56,221 nt of DNA from a virus (Duplodnaviria; Caudoviricetes): IMG/VR virus record IMGVR_UViG_3300023184_000158, positions 1-56,221 of that record. The stretch is one strand, 5' to 3'. The position numbers were made by a program, and so were the translations under genes. Below the pieces are notes generated by a model. It did not search any database, had not been told where the DNA came from, and saw nothing but the letters and a program-made list of their open reading frames with translations. Positions 1 through 7,744 of this stretch are shown piece after piece. Every line of letters begins with the position of its first letter. Position 1 is the stretch's first letter.

Positions 1-1
1 C

Positions 2-673
2 GTCACGACCAAGCGCGTGGCGTGGCGGTTCGTGGTGGCCGAACTCCTGTGGTTCCTGCGCGGGGAGACGAACATCCGCTCGTTGCAGCTGCAAGGCGTG
101 GATATCTGGGATGAATGGGCGGACGACGATGGTGAGCTCGGACCCGTCTACGGCAAGCAATGGCGGAGATGGGAGAACAATCATGACGGAACCATTGACC
201 AGATCGAACAGGTCATCCGGAATATCAAGGCTGATCCGCAAAGCCGCAGGCATGTGGTCAGCGCGTGGAACGTTGCGCAGCTCCATGAAATGGCACTCCC
301 TCCATGTCATCTTCTTTTTCAATTCTTTGTCTCGCAGTCTCGGTTTCTGAGCATCAAGGTCATCCAGCGCAGTGCGGATGTCTTCCTTGGCTTGCCTTTC
401 AATATCTCTTCCTATGCATTGTTGCTTGCAATTGTTGCAAAGCTGTGCGATCTTGAACCTGATTCTGTTATCATGTCACTAGGTGATGCACATGTGTACC
501 AGAATCACGTGTTGCAGATGAGGGAACAATTGTCGAGGATTCCACGGAAACGTCCTGCACTTGTCCTTCCGGAGTTCCATTCATTGGATCAGGTGTCTTT
601 GCTGGATCCAAAGGAGTTTGTGTTGAAGGAGTACGATCCATGGCCGAGTCTCAAGGCAAAGATCGCCGTGTAG
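2..673 (+). CDS. thyA: Thymidylate synthase (5'-truncated by window edge)
   Basis: Frame open from position 2 (VTTKRVAWRFVVAELLWFLRG). Motifs IWDEWA, LGPVYGKQWR, SRRHVVSAWN, catalytic MALPPCH, QRSADVFLGLPFN, GDAHVY. Confidence 0.96.
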   Translation, partial: VTTKRVAWRFVVAELLWFLRGETNIRSLQLQGVDIWDEWADDDGELGPVYGKQWRRWENNHDGTIDQIEQVIRNIKADPQSRRHVVSAWNVAQLHEMALPPCHLLFQFFVSQSRFLSIKVIQRSADVFLGLPFNISSYALLLAIVAKLCDLEPDSVIMSLGDAHVYQNHVLQMREQLSRIPRKRPALVLPEFHSLDQVSLLDPKEFVLKEYDPWPSLKAKIAV

Positions 674-1704
674 CATGGTTCGAGAACTCCGTGCATCCGG
701 GGCTACGGAAAGCATTTGAGCCATTACGCGCACTGCCTACAACAAAACGTGGAATTACCGCTGACAGGATGGTTGCTTCGGGGCTTCCGTTGGATCGCGG
801 CGAATCAATGTCGGGACTGGAAAGCACTGTAACTCCAGTGGTTTATGGCAACAACAGTACACACCTGATGGAAGTGCGTCCGCAAGGGGGAGGGCAAAAT
901 GTCAATGCATTTCAGCATCATCTGGCGGCTTTGCATGCATTGCAAGATACCGGTGTCGTGCCAACATTGCACGGATATGATGTAACTTCTACTCGTGGAG
1001 CGGATCATCACATGATTCAGGAAAATCTCAGAGCTGATGAATTCAGGCCTTTTGGCGAAAAAATGCCTGATGGCCACATGGGAATCAGCACTGGGACACA
1101 AATGAGATTGGCAAAAATTGATCCAGCAACAGTGGTTCAGTCGGCAATATCCGGACTTGCCAAGATCCATGCAGCCGGATACTCGCATGGGGATTTACGC
1201 GGCAAACCTGATCACCTGTGGGTGAATCGCCAGGGGCAAGTAAAATTCATTGATTTTGGACAGGCCCGACATATTGCCGACAAGGAGGCGGGTGGAGCTG
1301 GACCCGTACAATCCCAAGCTTGGGATCGCGCGGGAATTCTGGATTCGCTTGGTAACGCGTTCAAAGGTCATCCGCAGCAAGCAGCGGTGACAGGAATGCT
1401 TGCCAAGGTGCAGGCACACATGGCTGCAAATCCCGCCGATTGGCACAGTCCCGAAAGAATGGCCACTCTTTTTCCGCCTGCTCCCCAAGCAGCGGCTCCA
1501 GCAGCGGCTCCAGCAGTGGATCCACAACGGCCTAAAGTACAGCGGCTCAGCCCCGCTTTGGCTCCTGCTCCAGCGGCTCCAGCAGCGGCTCCAGCAAATA
1601 CAACGAGACAGAACTTTTCACAAAATCCATATACAGGCAAAAGCATGAAAAAGAGCTGGTTCGAGAACTCCGTGCATCCGGCGCTACGGCAGGCAAAAGC
1701 ATGA
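640..1704 (+). CDS. Protein-kinase-like fold protein (atypical, possible pseudokinase) with shared tag at both termini
   Basis: AAGGAG RBS at 626-631. Kinase-like IHAAGYSHGDL...LWV...VKFIDFGQA. Pro/Ala-rich linker. WFENSVHP motif at both N- and C-termini. Confidence 0.7.
   Translation: MAESQGKDRRVAWFENSVHPGLRKAFEPLRALPTTKRGITADRMVASGLPLDRGESMSGLESTVTPVVYGNNSTHLMEVRPQGGGQNVNAFQHHLAALHALQDTGVVPTLHGYDVTSTRGADHHMIQENLRADEFRPFGEKMPDGHMGISTGTQMRLAKIDPATVVQSAISGLAKIHAAGYSHGDLRGKPDHLWVNRQGQVKFIDFGQARHIADKEAGGAGPVQSQAWDRAGILDSLGNAFKGHPQQAAVTGMLAKVQAHMAANPADWHSPERMATLFPPAPQAAAPAAAPAVDPQRPKVQRLSPALAPAPAAPAAAPANTTRQNFSQNPYTGKSMKKSWFENSVHPALRQAKA
676..700 (+). repeat. 25-bp direct repeat TGGTTCGAGAACTCCGTGCATCCGG, copy 1 of 3 (others at 1657-1681 and 1713-1737)
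   Basis: Exact match read at three positions; each copy encodes WFENSVHP. Confidence 0.95.
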
Positions 1705-1745
1705 AAAAGAGCTGGTTCGAGAACTCCGTGCATCCGGCATTGCGA
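1634..1745 (+). repeat. 56-bp tandem duplication spanning the junction of the 640 and 1701 genes
   Basis: CAGGCAAAAGCATGAAAAAGAGCTGGTTCGAGAACTCCGTGCATCCGGC starts at 1634 and again at 1690. The copies diverge only in the last few bases. Confidence 0.95.
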
Positions 1746-4700
1746 CAAGAAGAATTTGAAAAAGGGATACTTGACTCCATCAGGTCGTGGGTCGGCGGAA
1801 AACCCGCGGCTCCTACGGCTCCGGCAAGTGTTGCGGCTCCAGAACCTGCGGCTCCTGCGGCTTCTGCAAGTGTTACGGCTCCAAAACTCCCAGGTGTTAC
1901 GGCTCCAAAACTCCCAGGTGTTACGGCTCTAGAACTCCCAGGTGTTACGGATCCAAAACCTGCGGCTCCTGCGGTTCCTGCAAGTGTTACGGCTCCAGAA
2001 CTCCCAGGTGTTACGCCGCCAAACGTGACAAGATCTGCGCTTAACAGTTCCCGTGATCGACAGCTGCAACTCCAGGATGATGGATCGCATCAGGCTGGCT
2101 TGAAATTGCTTGCAGATACCCGGAAAGAATTTGCACCGGACAAGCTTGTTCCACTCACGACAACGCAACAGTGGGCGGCATCCACAAATGGAAAAAGCAG
2201 GAACGAAGAGGATGACATCCTCAAAAAAGAGGTTCTTGCAATGCATGACCGACTTGCCCTGATGCATCGGTATTCCGGTGTTGATGGCGAAATTGATAGA
2301 AACGAGCTGGGTTCACTATTTGGAATGGCGCGAAAGGGCGGCATGCTCCCGGACGGATCACCCAGTACCGCCGGATATAAACCGACAACACGCACCCCTA
2401 CGGCATGGCAAAGCGGCACAGGTGAGATCATCCATCACGGATCGCCGAGGAATTTCCCGGGAGACCAGGTTGATCCGTCACGAATAGGAAGTGGTAGCGA
2501 TGCCGGTTTTGGACTATACGGTGTTTCAGGGTCGTTGAACAGACCGGCGAATCATTATGCGCACCAAGGAAATGGGAGGACGGCTTACGGCAGCACTGGA
2601 GAAGACACCACACCGACAGTGCACTCGTATGAAATCCCAAAAGACATGAAGGTGGCAAGACTCGACCAGCCACTGAGGCTTGACGATGATCAGCTGGGTC
2701 GGATCGCTGCGTATTTGACTGATGTCGCAAAATTACATGGAACAGAACTTAGGGATCGCGACGGCAACCCAATGCAAGGGTTTTCTGTAGAGGGGTTGAG
2801 GGCAACGCACCTTCCCGATACACCTTTTTCCGCCGAAGATGAGGAACGCACCTTTGATCAGAAGCTTTGGGGAAAACAATCAGGAAGATTTGTGCTTGAA
2901 GCCCTTGCGAAACAAGCGCTTGGGAATGCTTCGAAGGATCGCTCATCTGGCCATGTGCATGACAATCTCATCTCTAATATGTTGCAAGTTGCAGGTTTTG
3001 ATGCAAGCAGGTCCAAACACCAGGAAGACGATGGTGGTGATGTCCTGGCTGTCCATGCTGGGGGAATTCACAAGCTTATCCATCACATGTCTGAAGCTTC
3101 AGGTAGTGATACTCATGTGCAAGCAGACTCATCAAGTCCGTTCTTGCGGAAGCCACGTGACGGCATGACTCCGGAGATACAGTTTCCCGAAACACACGCA
3201 TTGATGGAAAGGGCAAAACTGGGAAGAAGCGATTGGGGCACGGAGCAGGCAAACGACCTTGTTGCTACTCTTGCGTCTTCTTTCCCGCAATTGGCAACTC
3301 CTGGCTTGCAAAACGATCCTCATAATGGAAATTCCGTCGTTGAGCACACGAAGGCTGGATTGTCTGCCATGAACACTGGCTGGGAAGGTGCACTGTACGG
3401 CATGAGTAATCCTGACGATAGAAGAATCGCACGTATTGCATACCTGTTCCATGATGTCGGAAAATCGAGCGACAGTGAGCATGAACATGAGCAGAGAGCT
3501 GCCGCGCGAGCAAGCGATGGCGCAGGCCCAGGTGAGCATCATCAGGATAAGTCATGGGATCTGCTCATGGCGCATCCGGACAAACCTCTTGAACAATTCG
3601 GATTGAGCGATGAGGAAACAGGATTGGTGCAGAAACTGATAAGCAAGCATCACGCATTCGGTGATGTTGTCCGGGCAGCCAGTTACGCAAGAAGTTCTCC
3701 GGACGACCCTCGGCGCCAAGCAGAGCTTGCCAAAGCAAAAGAACAATTCGGGGAGATTGCGGGAAACAAGCGTACGGCCCGGTTGCTGGCAAGCATGTGG
3801 CAAGCCGACGTGCAAGGAATACCGAAGTATAGAAACAACCCGGGTGAATTGCTGGGTGGATTTGAAGAGGGCGCAACCTTTGGCGACGTACGGAGACAAT
3901 TGCTCAGCGAAATGTACGTGGATCATCAAGGAGATCATCATCCCGAGAGATGGCAGAATGATGTAGTCAATTATCCCGAGGCGATCCACTCCTCGACAGC
4001 AGTCAAGTCATTTACAAGAAGAAGAAAGGGCATGTTGATGAAATCAGGAAAGGACCGCATTACCGCGCAAGTCCGGAAAGAGGAAGAGCGGCAAAAAAAG
4101 AAGATCCACAAGGAAGAACAAGCCGAGAAGCATGGGGTTGAACACGAGGAAGATCATGGCATCAGTGCGCACGAAGACAAGGTCATGAAACTGATTGCAC
4201 AAATGGGCAAGGCTATCAGGTCTCCCGGCAGTCCATATTCAAAACGAACCAGCCGCGCGGAGAATCGTGAAACGTTTGGCATGCTTGGCCAAGGGTCACG
4301 TCCCAAGACTGGTCCATATCAGCAACGGGATCTGGGTACTGAGCCAAAGATTGCAAGCATGAATGATGCTGATCCATTCACCAAATCCCAGAAGGAAGTG
4401 CTTGACCGCATGGACCGATGGAAGAAGAAGACCGAGGAGAAGCTCCTTGAAGAAGAGGACAAGCTTGTTGACCGCATCCACAGCGATCATACCGGACCCG
4501 GTGTGCCAAAGTTCGTCGGCAAGTACACCCATGGCGTGAAACAGCACGAGCAGCGCCTGAAGCGGGTCATCGACAAGTTGCGCGATGATGAGGAAGCTGA
4601 AGTCAGGGAAGAGATGGATGCACATGACTCCAGATGTTCCAAGTGCGGCAAGGATCCGTGTGTCTGTGGCAAAGTCAGGAAGTCGGAACTATCCAAAAAA

Positions 4701-5048
4701 AAACTTCAGAAATTTGACATTTCTGCCGTAGCCGAAGCAGTTCCGGATATTGTAGAAGGCTACGGTACACTAAAGGAGCTCAAGGATGGGGCACATCATC
4801 TTGCAAATGTGGTGAATGGAAAAATGAATGAAGTACAGCAAAATAATGATTACACAAATTGGGGAATCAATGTTACAAATCACCCAAACAGGGCACAACA
4901 ACAGCCTGTTGCGTTGCCAAGGGGATTTAACACTTTGAGACGTTTTACAAATGCCGTCGAGAAGGTTGCTGAACCTGGATCCATCAGCGGACCTGTTCGC
5001 AGGGTAGCCAACAAAGTTGTGCGTACTATCACAGGAAGGAGACCATAG
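1701..5048 (+). CDS. Polyvalent protein: tag, ADP-ribosyltransferase-like domain (about 2420-3060), HD domain (about 3320-3820), charged C-terminal region with CxxC-x4-CxC
   Basis: ART-like pattern IHHGS...F...D...IGSGSDAGFGLYG...ANHYA...VHSYEI...LQVAGFDA. HD-like pattern SVVEHT...YLFHDVGK...HH...ISKHH...WQAD. ATGA overlap with the upstream gene. Confidence 0.72.
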   Translation: MKKSWFENSVHPALRQEEFEKGILDSIRSWVGGKPAAPTAPASVAAPEPAAPAASASVTAPKLPGVTAPKLPGVTALELPGVTDPKPAAPAVPASVTAPELPGVTPPNVTRSALNSSRDRQLQLQDDGSHQAGLKLLADTRKEFAPDKLVPLTTTQQWAASTNGKSRNEEDDILKKEVLAMHDRLALMHRYSGVDGEIDRNELGSLFGMARKGGMLPDGSPSTAGYKPTTRTPTAWQSGTGEIIHHGSPRNFPGDQVDPSRIGSGSDAGFGLYGVSGSLNRPANHYAHQGNGRTAYGSTGEDTTPTVHSYEIPKDMKVARLDQPLRLDDDQLGRIAAYLTDVAKLHGTELRDRDGNPMQGFSVEGLRATHLPDTPFSAEDEERTFDQKLWGKQSGRFVLEALAKQALGNASKDRSSGHVHDNLISNMLQVAGFDASRSKHQEDDGGDVLAVHAGGIHKLIHHMSEASGSDTHVQADSSSPFLRKPRDGMTPEIQFPETHALMERAKLGRSDWGTEQANDLVATLASSFPQLATPGLQNDPHNGNSVVEHTKAGLSAMNTGWEGALYGMSNPDDRRIARIAYLFHDVGKSSDSEHEHEQRAAARASDGAGPGEHHQDKSWDLLMAHPDKPLEQFGLSDEETGLVQKLISKHHAFGDVVRAASYARSSPDDPRRQAELAKAKEQFGEIAGNKRTARLLASMWQADVQGIPKYRNNPGELLGGFEEGATFGDVRRQLLSEMYVDHQGDHHPERWQNDVVNYPEAIHSSTAVKSFTRRRKGMLMKSGKDRITAQVRKEEERQKKKIHKEEQAEKHGVEHEEDHGISAHEDKVMKLIAQMGKAIRSPGSPYSKRTSRAENRETFGMLGQGSRPKTGPYQQRDLGTEPKIASMNDADPFTKSQKEVLDRMDRWKKKTEEKLLEEEDKLVDRIHSDHTGPGVPKFVGKYTHGVKQHEQRLKRVIDKLRDDEEAEVREEMDAHDSRCSKCGKDPCVCGKVRKSELSKKKLQKFDISAVAEAVPDIVEGYGTLKELKDGAHHLANVVNGKMNEVQQNNDYTNWGINVTNHPNRAQQQPVALPRGFNTLRRFTNAVEKVAEPGSISGPVRRVANKVVRTITGRRP
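1805..2020 (+). repeat. Coding tandem repeats, including 24-bp units encoding VTAP[KE]LPG, forming a Pro/Ala linker
   Basis: GTTACGGCTCCAAAACTCCCAGGT and variants repeated from 1872, flanked by PAAPA repeats. Confidence 0.85.
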
Positions 5049-5049
5049 C

Positions 5050-5451
5050 ATGTATGAATATCGTGTAACAAGACTGCTGGGCATTGTTGATGGGGATACC
5101 ATTGATGTGCAGATTGATCTGGGATTTGACGTGTCATTTACCAGCAGGGTACGCCTGAACGGGATTGACACCCCGGAGTCCCGCACCCTTGATCTTGTCG
5201 AGAAGAAACTTGGTCTTGACGCAAAGGATTGGCTCAAGCATCGTCTGGAAACGGCCAGGAAGATTGTCATCAGGACTGAGAAACCTGATTCAAGCGAGAA
5301 ATACGGGCGCATCCTCGCCACGCTCGTGGTGGATGATGAGCCGACCTCACTGAATGACCAGATGGTAAAATCTGGCTATGCGTGGGGGTATGATGGGGGA
5401 ACAAAACACAAGGATCTTGAGGTGCTCAAGAAGATACGAGGTTTGTCATGA
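5050..5451 (+). CDS. Thermonuclease (SNase-like) family nuclease
   Basis: MYEYRV...VDGDTIDVQIDLGF...VRLNGIDTPE...KYGRILA...LNDQMVKSGYAWGYDGG. ATG at 5050 follows AGGAAGGAG. Confidence 0.9.
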   Translation: MYEYRVTRLLGIVDGDTIDVQIDLGFDVSFTSRVRLNGIDTPESRTLDLVEKKLGLDAKDWLKHRLETARKIVIRTEKPDSSEKYGRILATLVVDDEPTSLNDQMVKSGYAWGYDGGTKHKDLEVLKKIRGLS

Positions 5452-6158
5452 GTGTGAATCCTTTTCCGTTGCAGTTGAGCTTGATCAAGGGGAAGAAATC
5501 GTCGTTGATCGATGATGATGACATGAACTTGCAAAAACGCGGCGGTGCTGCGGGTGCTGCCGGTGCTGCCGGTACTGTTGCCGGTGCTGCCGGTACTGTT
5601 GCCGGTGCTGCCGGTACTGCTGCCGGTGCTGCTGCCGGTGGCATCGGTGGCACGATACTAAACGCCGGGAAAGAGCTTCTGCTGGAAAAATTAAAGGAAG
5701 AAAAGGAAGGGCAATCAAAGGAAATTCCTCCGGTTGACCTGTCTACCGGTACAAGCGATAACAACGGCGTCAACGACAAGGATCCTCCAGTTGATCCTGA
5801 CGAACGCACCCTACAGCATCCGGTGGGCGTGGGTGACCGCATGAAGAATTCCTTCTTTGCGCATTCGCGGTATCCAAGGAATCCGGACTTCAGGAAATTC
5901 CTCCCGGCTGCGGCAATGGCAGCAGCTCCGGCAGTTATTGGAGCCATAGGCGAGGCCATGAAACCTCCTGCTGACATTCCAAAAATCGATCTTGGAAATG
6001 GCCAAGCATCTGCGGTCAAGTCGGGTGACGGGAAACCCCCGGGTGGTCCTCCGGGTGGTCCCCCGGGTGGTCCCCCGGGTGGTCCCCCGGGTGGTCCTCC
6101 GGGTGGTCCCCCGATGAAGCGCCGCGTGAAAACGAGATCGGGAACCGTCATCTATTAG
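5448..6158 (+). CDS. Gly/Ala/Pro-rich protein with internal shared tag (MKNSFFAHSRYP...FRK); putative head-associated protein
   Basis: ATGA overlap with the nuclease gene; fills the gap exactly up to DHFR; contains the tag and GA and PPGG repeats. Confidence 0.62.
   Translation: MSVNPFPLQLSLIKGKKSSLIDDDDMNLQKRGGAAGAAGAAGTVAGAAGTVAGAAGTAAGAAAGGIGGTILNAGKELLLEKLKEEKEGQSKEIPPVDLSTGTSDNNGVNDKDPPVDPDERTLQHPVGVGDRMKNSFFAHSRYPRNPDFRKFLPAAAMAAAPAVIGAIGEAMKPPADIPKIDLGNGQASAVKSGDGKPPGGPPGGPPGGPPGGPPGGPPGGPPMKRRVKTRSGTVIY
5544..5641 (+). repeat. GGTGCTGCC-type coding repeats (GAA/GTVA)
   Basis: Repeated GGTGCTGCC and GGTACTGTTGCC units. Confidence 0.85.
6036..6113 (+). repeat. 12-bp tandem repeat encoding (PPGG)6-PP
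   Basis: CCYCCGGGTGGT units read directly. Confidence 0.92.
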
Positions 6159-6165
6159 GATCATC

Positions 6166-6708
6166 ATGATTGAATTGATCGTCGCTTGCGCAAGGGATTC
6201 CTCCGGGAACATGATCATTGGCAACGAGAACCGCCTGCCGTGGCATGTCCCCGGAGATCTTCGCCGATTCAAGGACAAGACCATGGGTCACCCGATTGTC
6301 ATGGGCAGGAAAACGTATGAAAGCCTGCCCAGAAAACCACTTCCGGGACGCGAGAATATCATCCTTACCGGAAACAAGAACTATCTTGCAGTGCAATGTA
6401 CAATTGTTCATGATGCTGAAGCCATTATCGAGCGCTATGGAAAAACGTGGGAATCATGTTATATTATAGGCGGAGCACAACTATACGGATTGTTTCTCCC
6501 TCACGCACAACGAATACATCTTTCGTTGATTGACATTGAAACGGACGGCGACACTCACTTCCCCGTATCCTGGGAAGAGATGTGTGAGAAATTCTCATGG
6601 TTCTTTGTCGAGCAGCATGAAGGCCCGATCCGGTGGAGGGAATACATCTTTGAGCGAAGTCAACCATCCCGCACTGCTGCTGAGGTCGCAACTGAAGTCC
6701 GTCCTTGA
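6166..6708 (+). CDS. folA: Dihydrofolate reductase
   Basis: IIGNENRLPWHVPGDLRRFKDKTMGHPIVMGRKTYESLP.KPLPGRENIILT, YIIGGAQLY, GDTHFP. Confidence 0.95.
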   Translation: MIELIVACARDSSGNMIIGNENRLPWHVPGDLRRFKDKTMGHPIVMGRKTYESLPRKPLPGRENIILTGNKNYLAVQCTIVHDAEAIIERYGKTWESCYIIGGAQLYGLFLPHAQRIHLSLIDIETDGDTHFPVSWEEMCEKFSWFFVEQHEGPIRWREYIFERSQPSRTAAEVATEVRP

Positions 6709-6979
6709 CGATCTGGCAATCCTGTCGCGTTTCCCGAAGGATTGTTCATGCCCGGATCACAATGGACCTCACGTCGTGATGCTGACTCGCAAGAAAGCCA
6801 TCGAGAATTATGCTCCCATGTTTGAAGCCTTGCGGAACATGGACATGAGTGAAGATGTGGCTGCGTTGATCAACCAGATCCTGGTGTTCTCCGAAGAAGA
6901 GCGGCATAGACAATCGATCTATATCAAGGATCTCAAGTTCTATGCCACTGATCTCTATCCGGAGAAGAAGAAAGTCTAG
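6650..6979 (+). CDS. Hypothetical protein with CxCxxHxxxH motif
   Basis: GGAGG at 6635-6639 precedes an in-frame TTG at 6650 within ORF 6530..6979; motif CSCPDHNGPH. Confidence 0.5.
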   Translation: MSEVNHPALLLRSQLKSVLDDLAILSRFPKDCSCPDHNGPHVVMLTRKKAIENYAPMFEALRNMDMSEDVAALINQILVFSEEERHRQSIYIKDLKFYATDLYPEKKKV

Positions 6980-7719
6980 ACTCCCTTTGACTTGCGTAGC
7001 AGCATGTTCGGGACAATGCCCTTGCGCAGGTAATGATCGGCATGTCCAGCCTCATGTGGCAGGATAGTCGATTCGAAGAATTTCGGCTTTGCCAAAGGCT
7101 GCGGCACAAAAGTCTCCACGTACTCCGGCTCCTGTGTCATTTCGGACTTGAGCAATGAATAATTGTCCTGTCGCCCAACTTCTTCGGGATAGACTGCCGA
7201 GGTGAAGAAGGATTTGCGAACCCCGCTCATTCCGGCAAAGCTCGCGGCCTTAATGTCTGGCTTGGAAACCGGAACGATCTTCTTGGGACTTGCTCCGCCT
7301 ACGACTCTTTTTCTCTCCACTTTGAAATCTCGATTGACCGGAGCATAACCAGCAGGGAGTGGTCCGTCTTCCTCGGGACTCAACTCTTTCGGCTTGATCG
7401 CACTCCTGACTTTTTCAACCACCTTCTTTCCGCCCTCAAAAAGCTGTCTTCCTACTTTGAACGCACCTGTTGCCCCCAAGGCCGCAACAGGTGCGGCCAA
7501 ATGCGGATTTAGCAGCGCATTGCCAACAGTCTCCGCTCCTTGGCGCATTCCGTCGGCAATCTCAGGTAACCCTGCCTTTTCCGTGATCTTGCCCATCGAA
7601 CCCGGATCCCAATCCTTGTTGAGCCCTTCGCCTCTTTGGTTGCTCTTCCTGAGTTCCAGCACGTGATCGACAAAAATCGCATCGCTGAACCACGCTTTCT
7701 TGTTCTGCATCAAATTCAT
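6976..7719 (-). CDS. Protein directly downstream of portal carrying three copies of the shared tag; putative internal head or scaffold-like protein
   Basis: RBS AAGGAG. KKAWFSDAIF...LRKS; RKSFFTSAVYP...LLKS; KPKFFESTILP...LRKG...LRKS. Confidence 0.7.
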   Translation of the reverse strand: MNLMQNKKAWFSDAIFVDHVLELRKSNQRGEGLNKDWDPGSMGKITEKAGLPEIADGMRQGAETVGNALLNPHLAAPVAALGATGAFKVGRQLFEGGKKVVEKVRSAIKPKELSPEEDGPLPAGYAPVNRDFKVERKRVVGGASPKKIVPVSKPDIKAASFAGMSGVRKSFFTSAVYPEEVGRQDNYSLLKSEMTQEPEYVETFVPQPLAKPKFFESTILPHEAGHADHYLRKGIVPNMLLRKSKGV

Positions 7720-7744
7720 TTCCTGATCTCCTTGTTGATAGAGT

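Noticed and set aside
676-1745. Three identical 25-bp repeats as a mini CRISPR array
   Set aside because: Spacing is irregular (981 and 56 bp), the repeats are in frame within coding sequence, and no cas genes are present.
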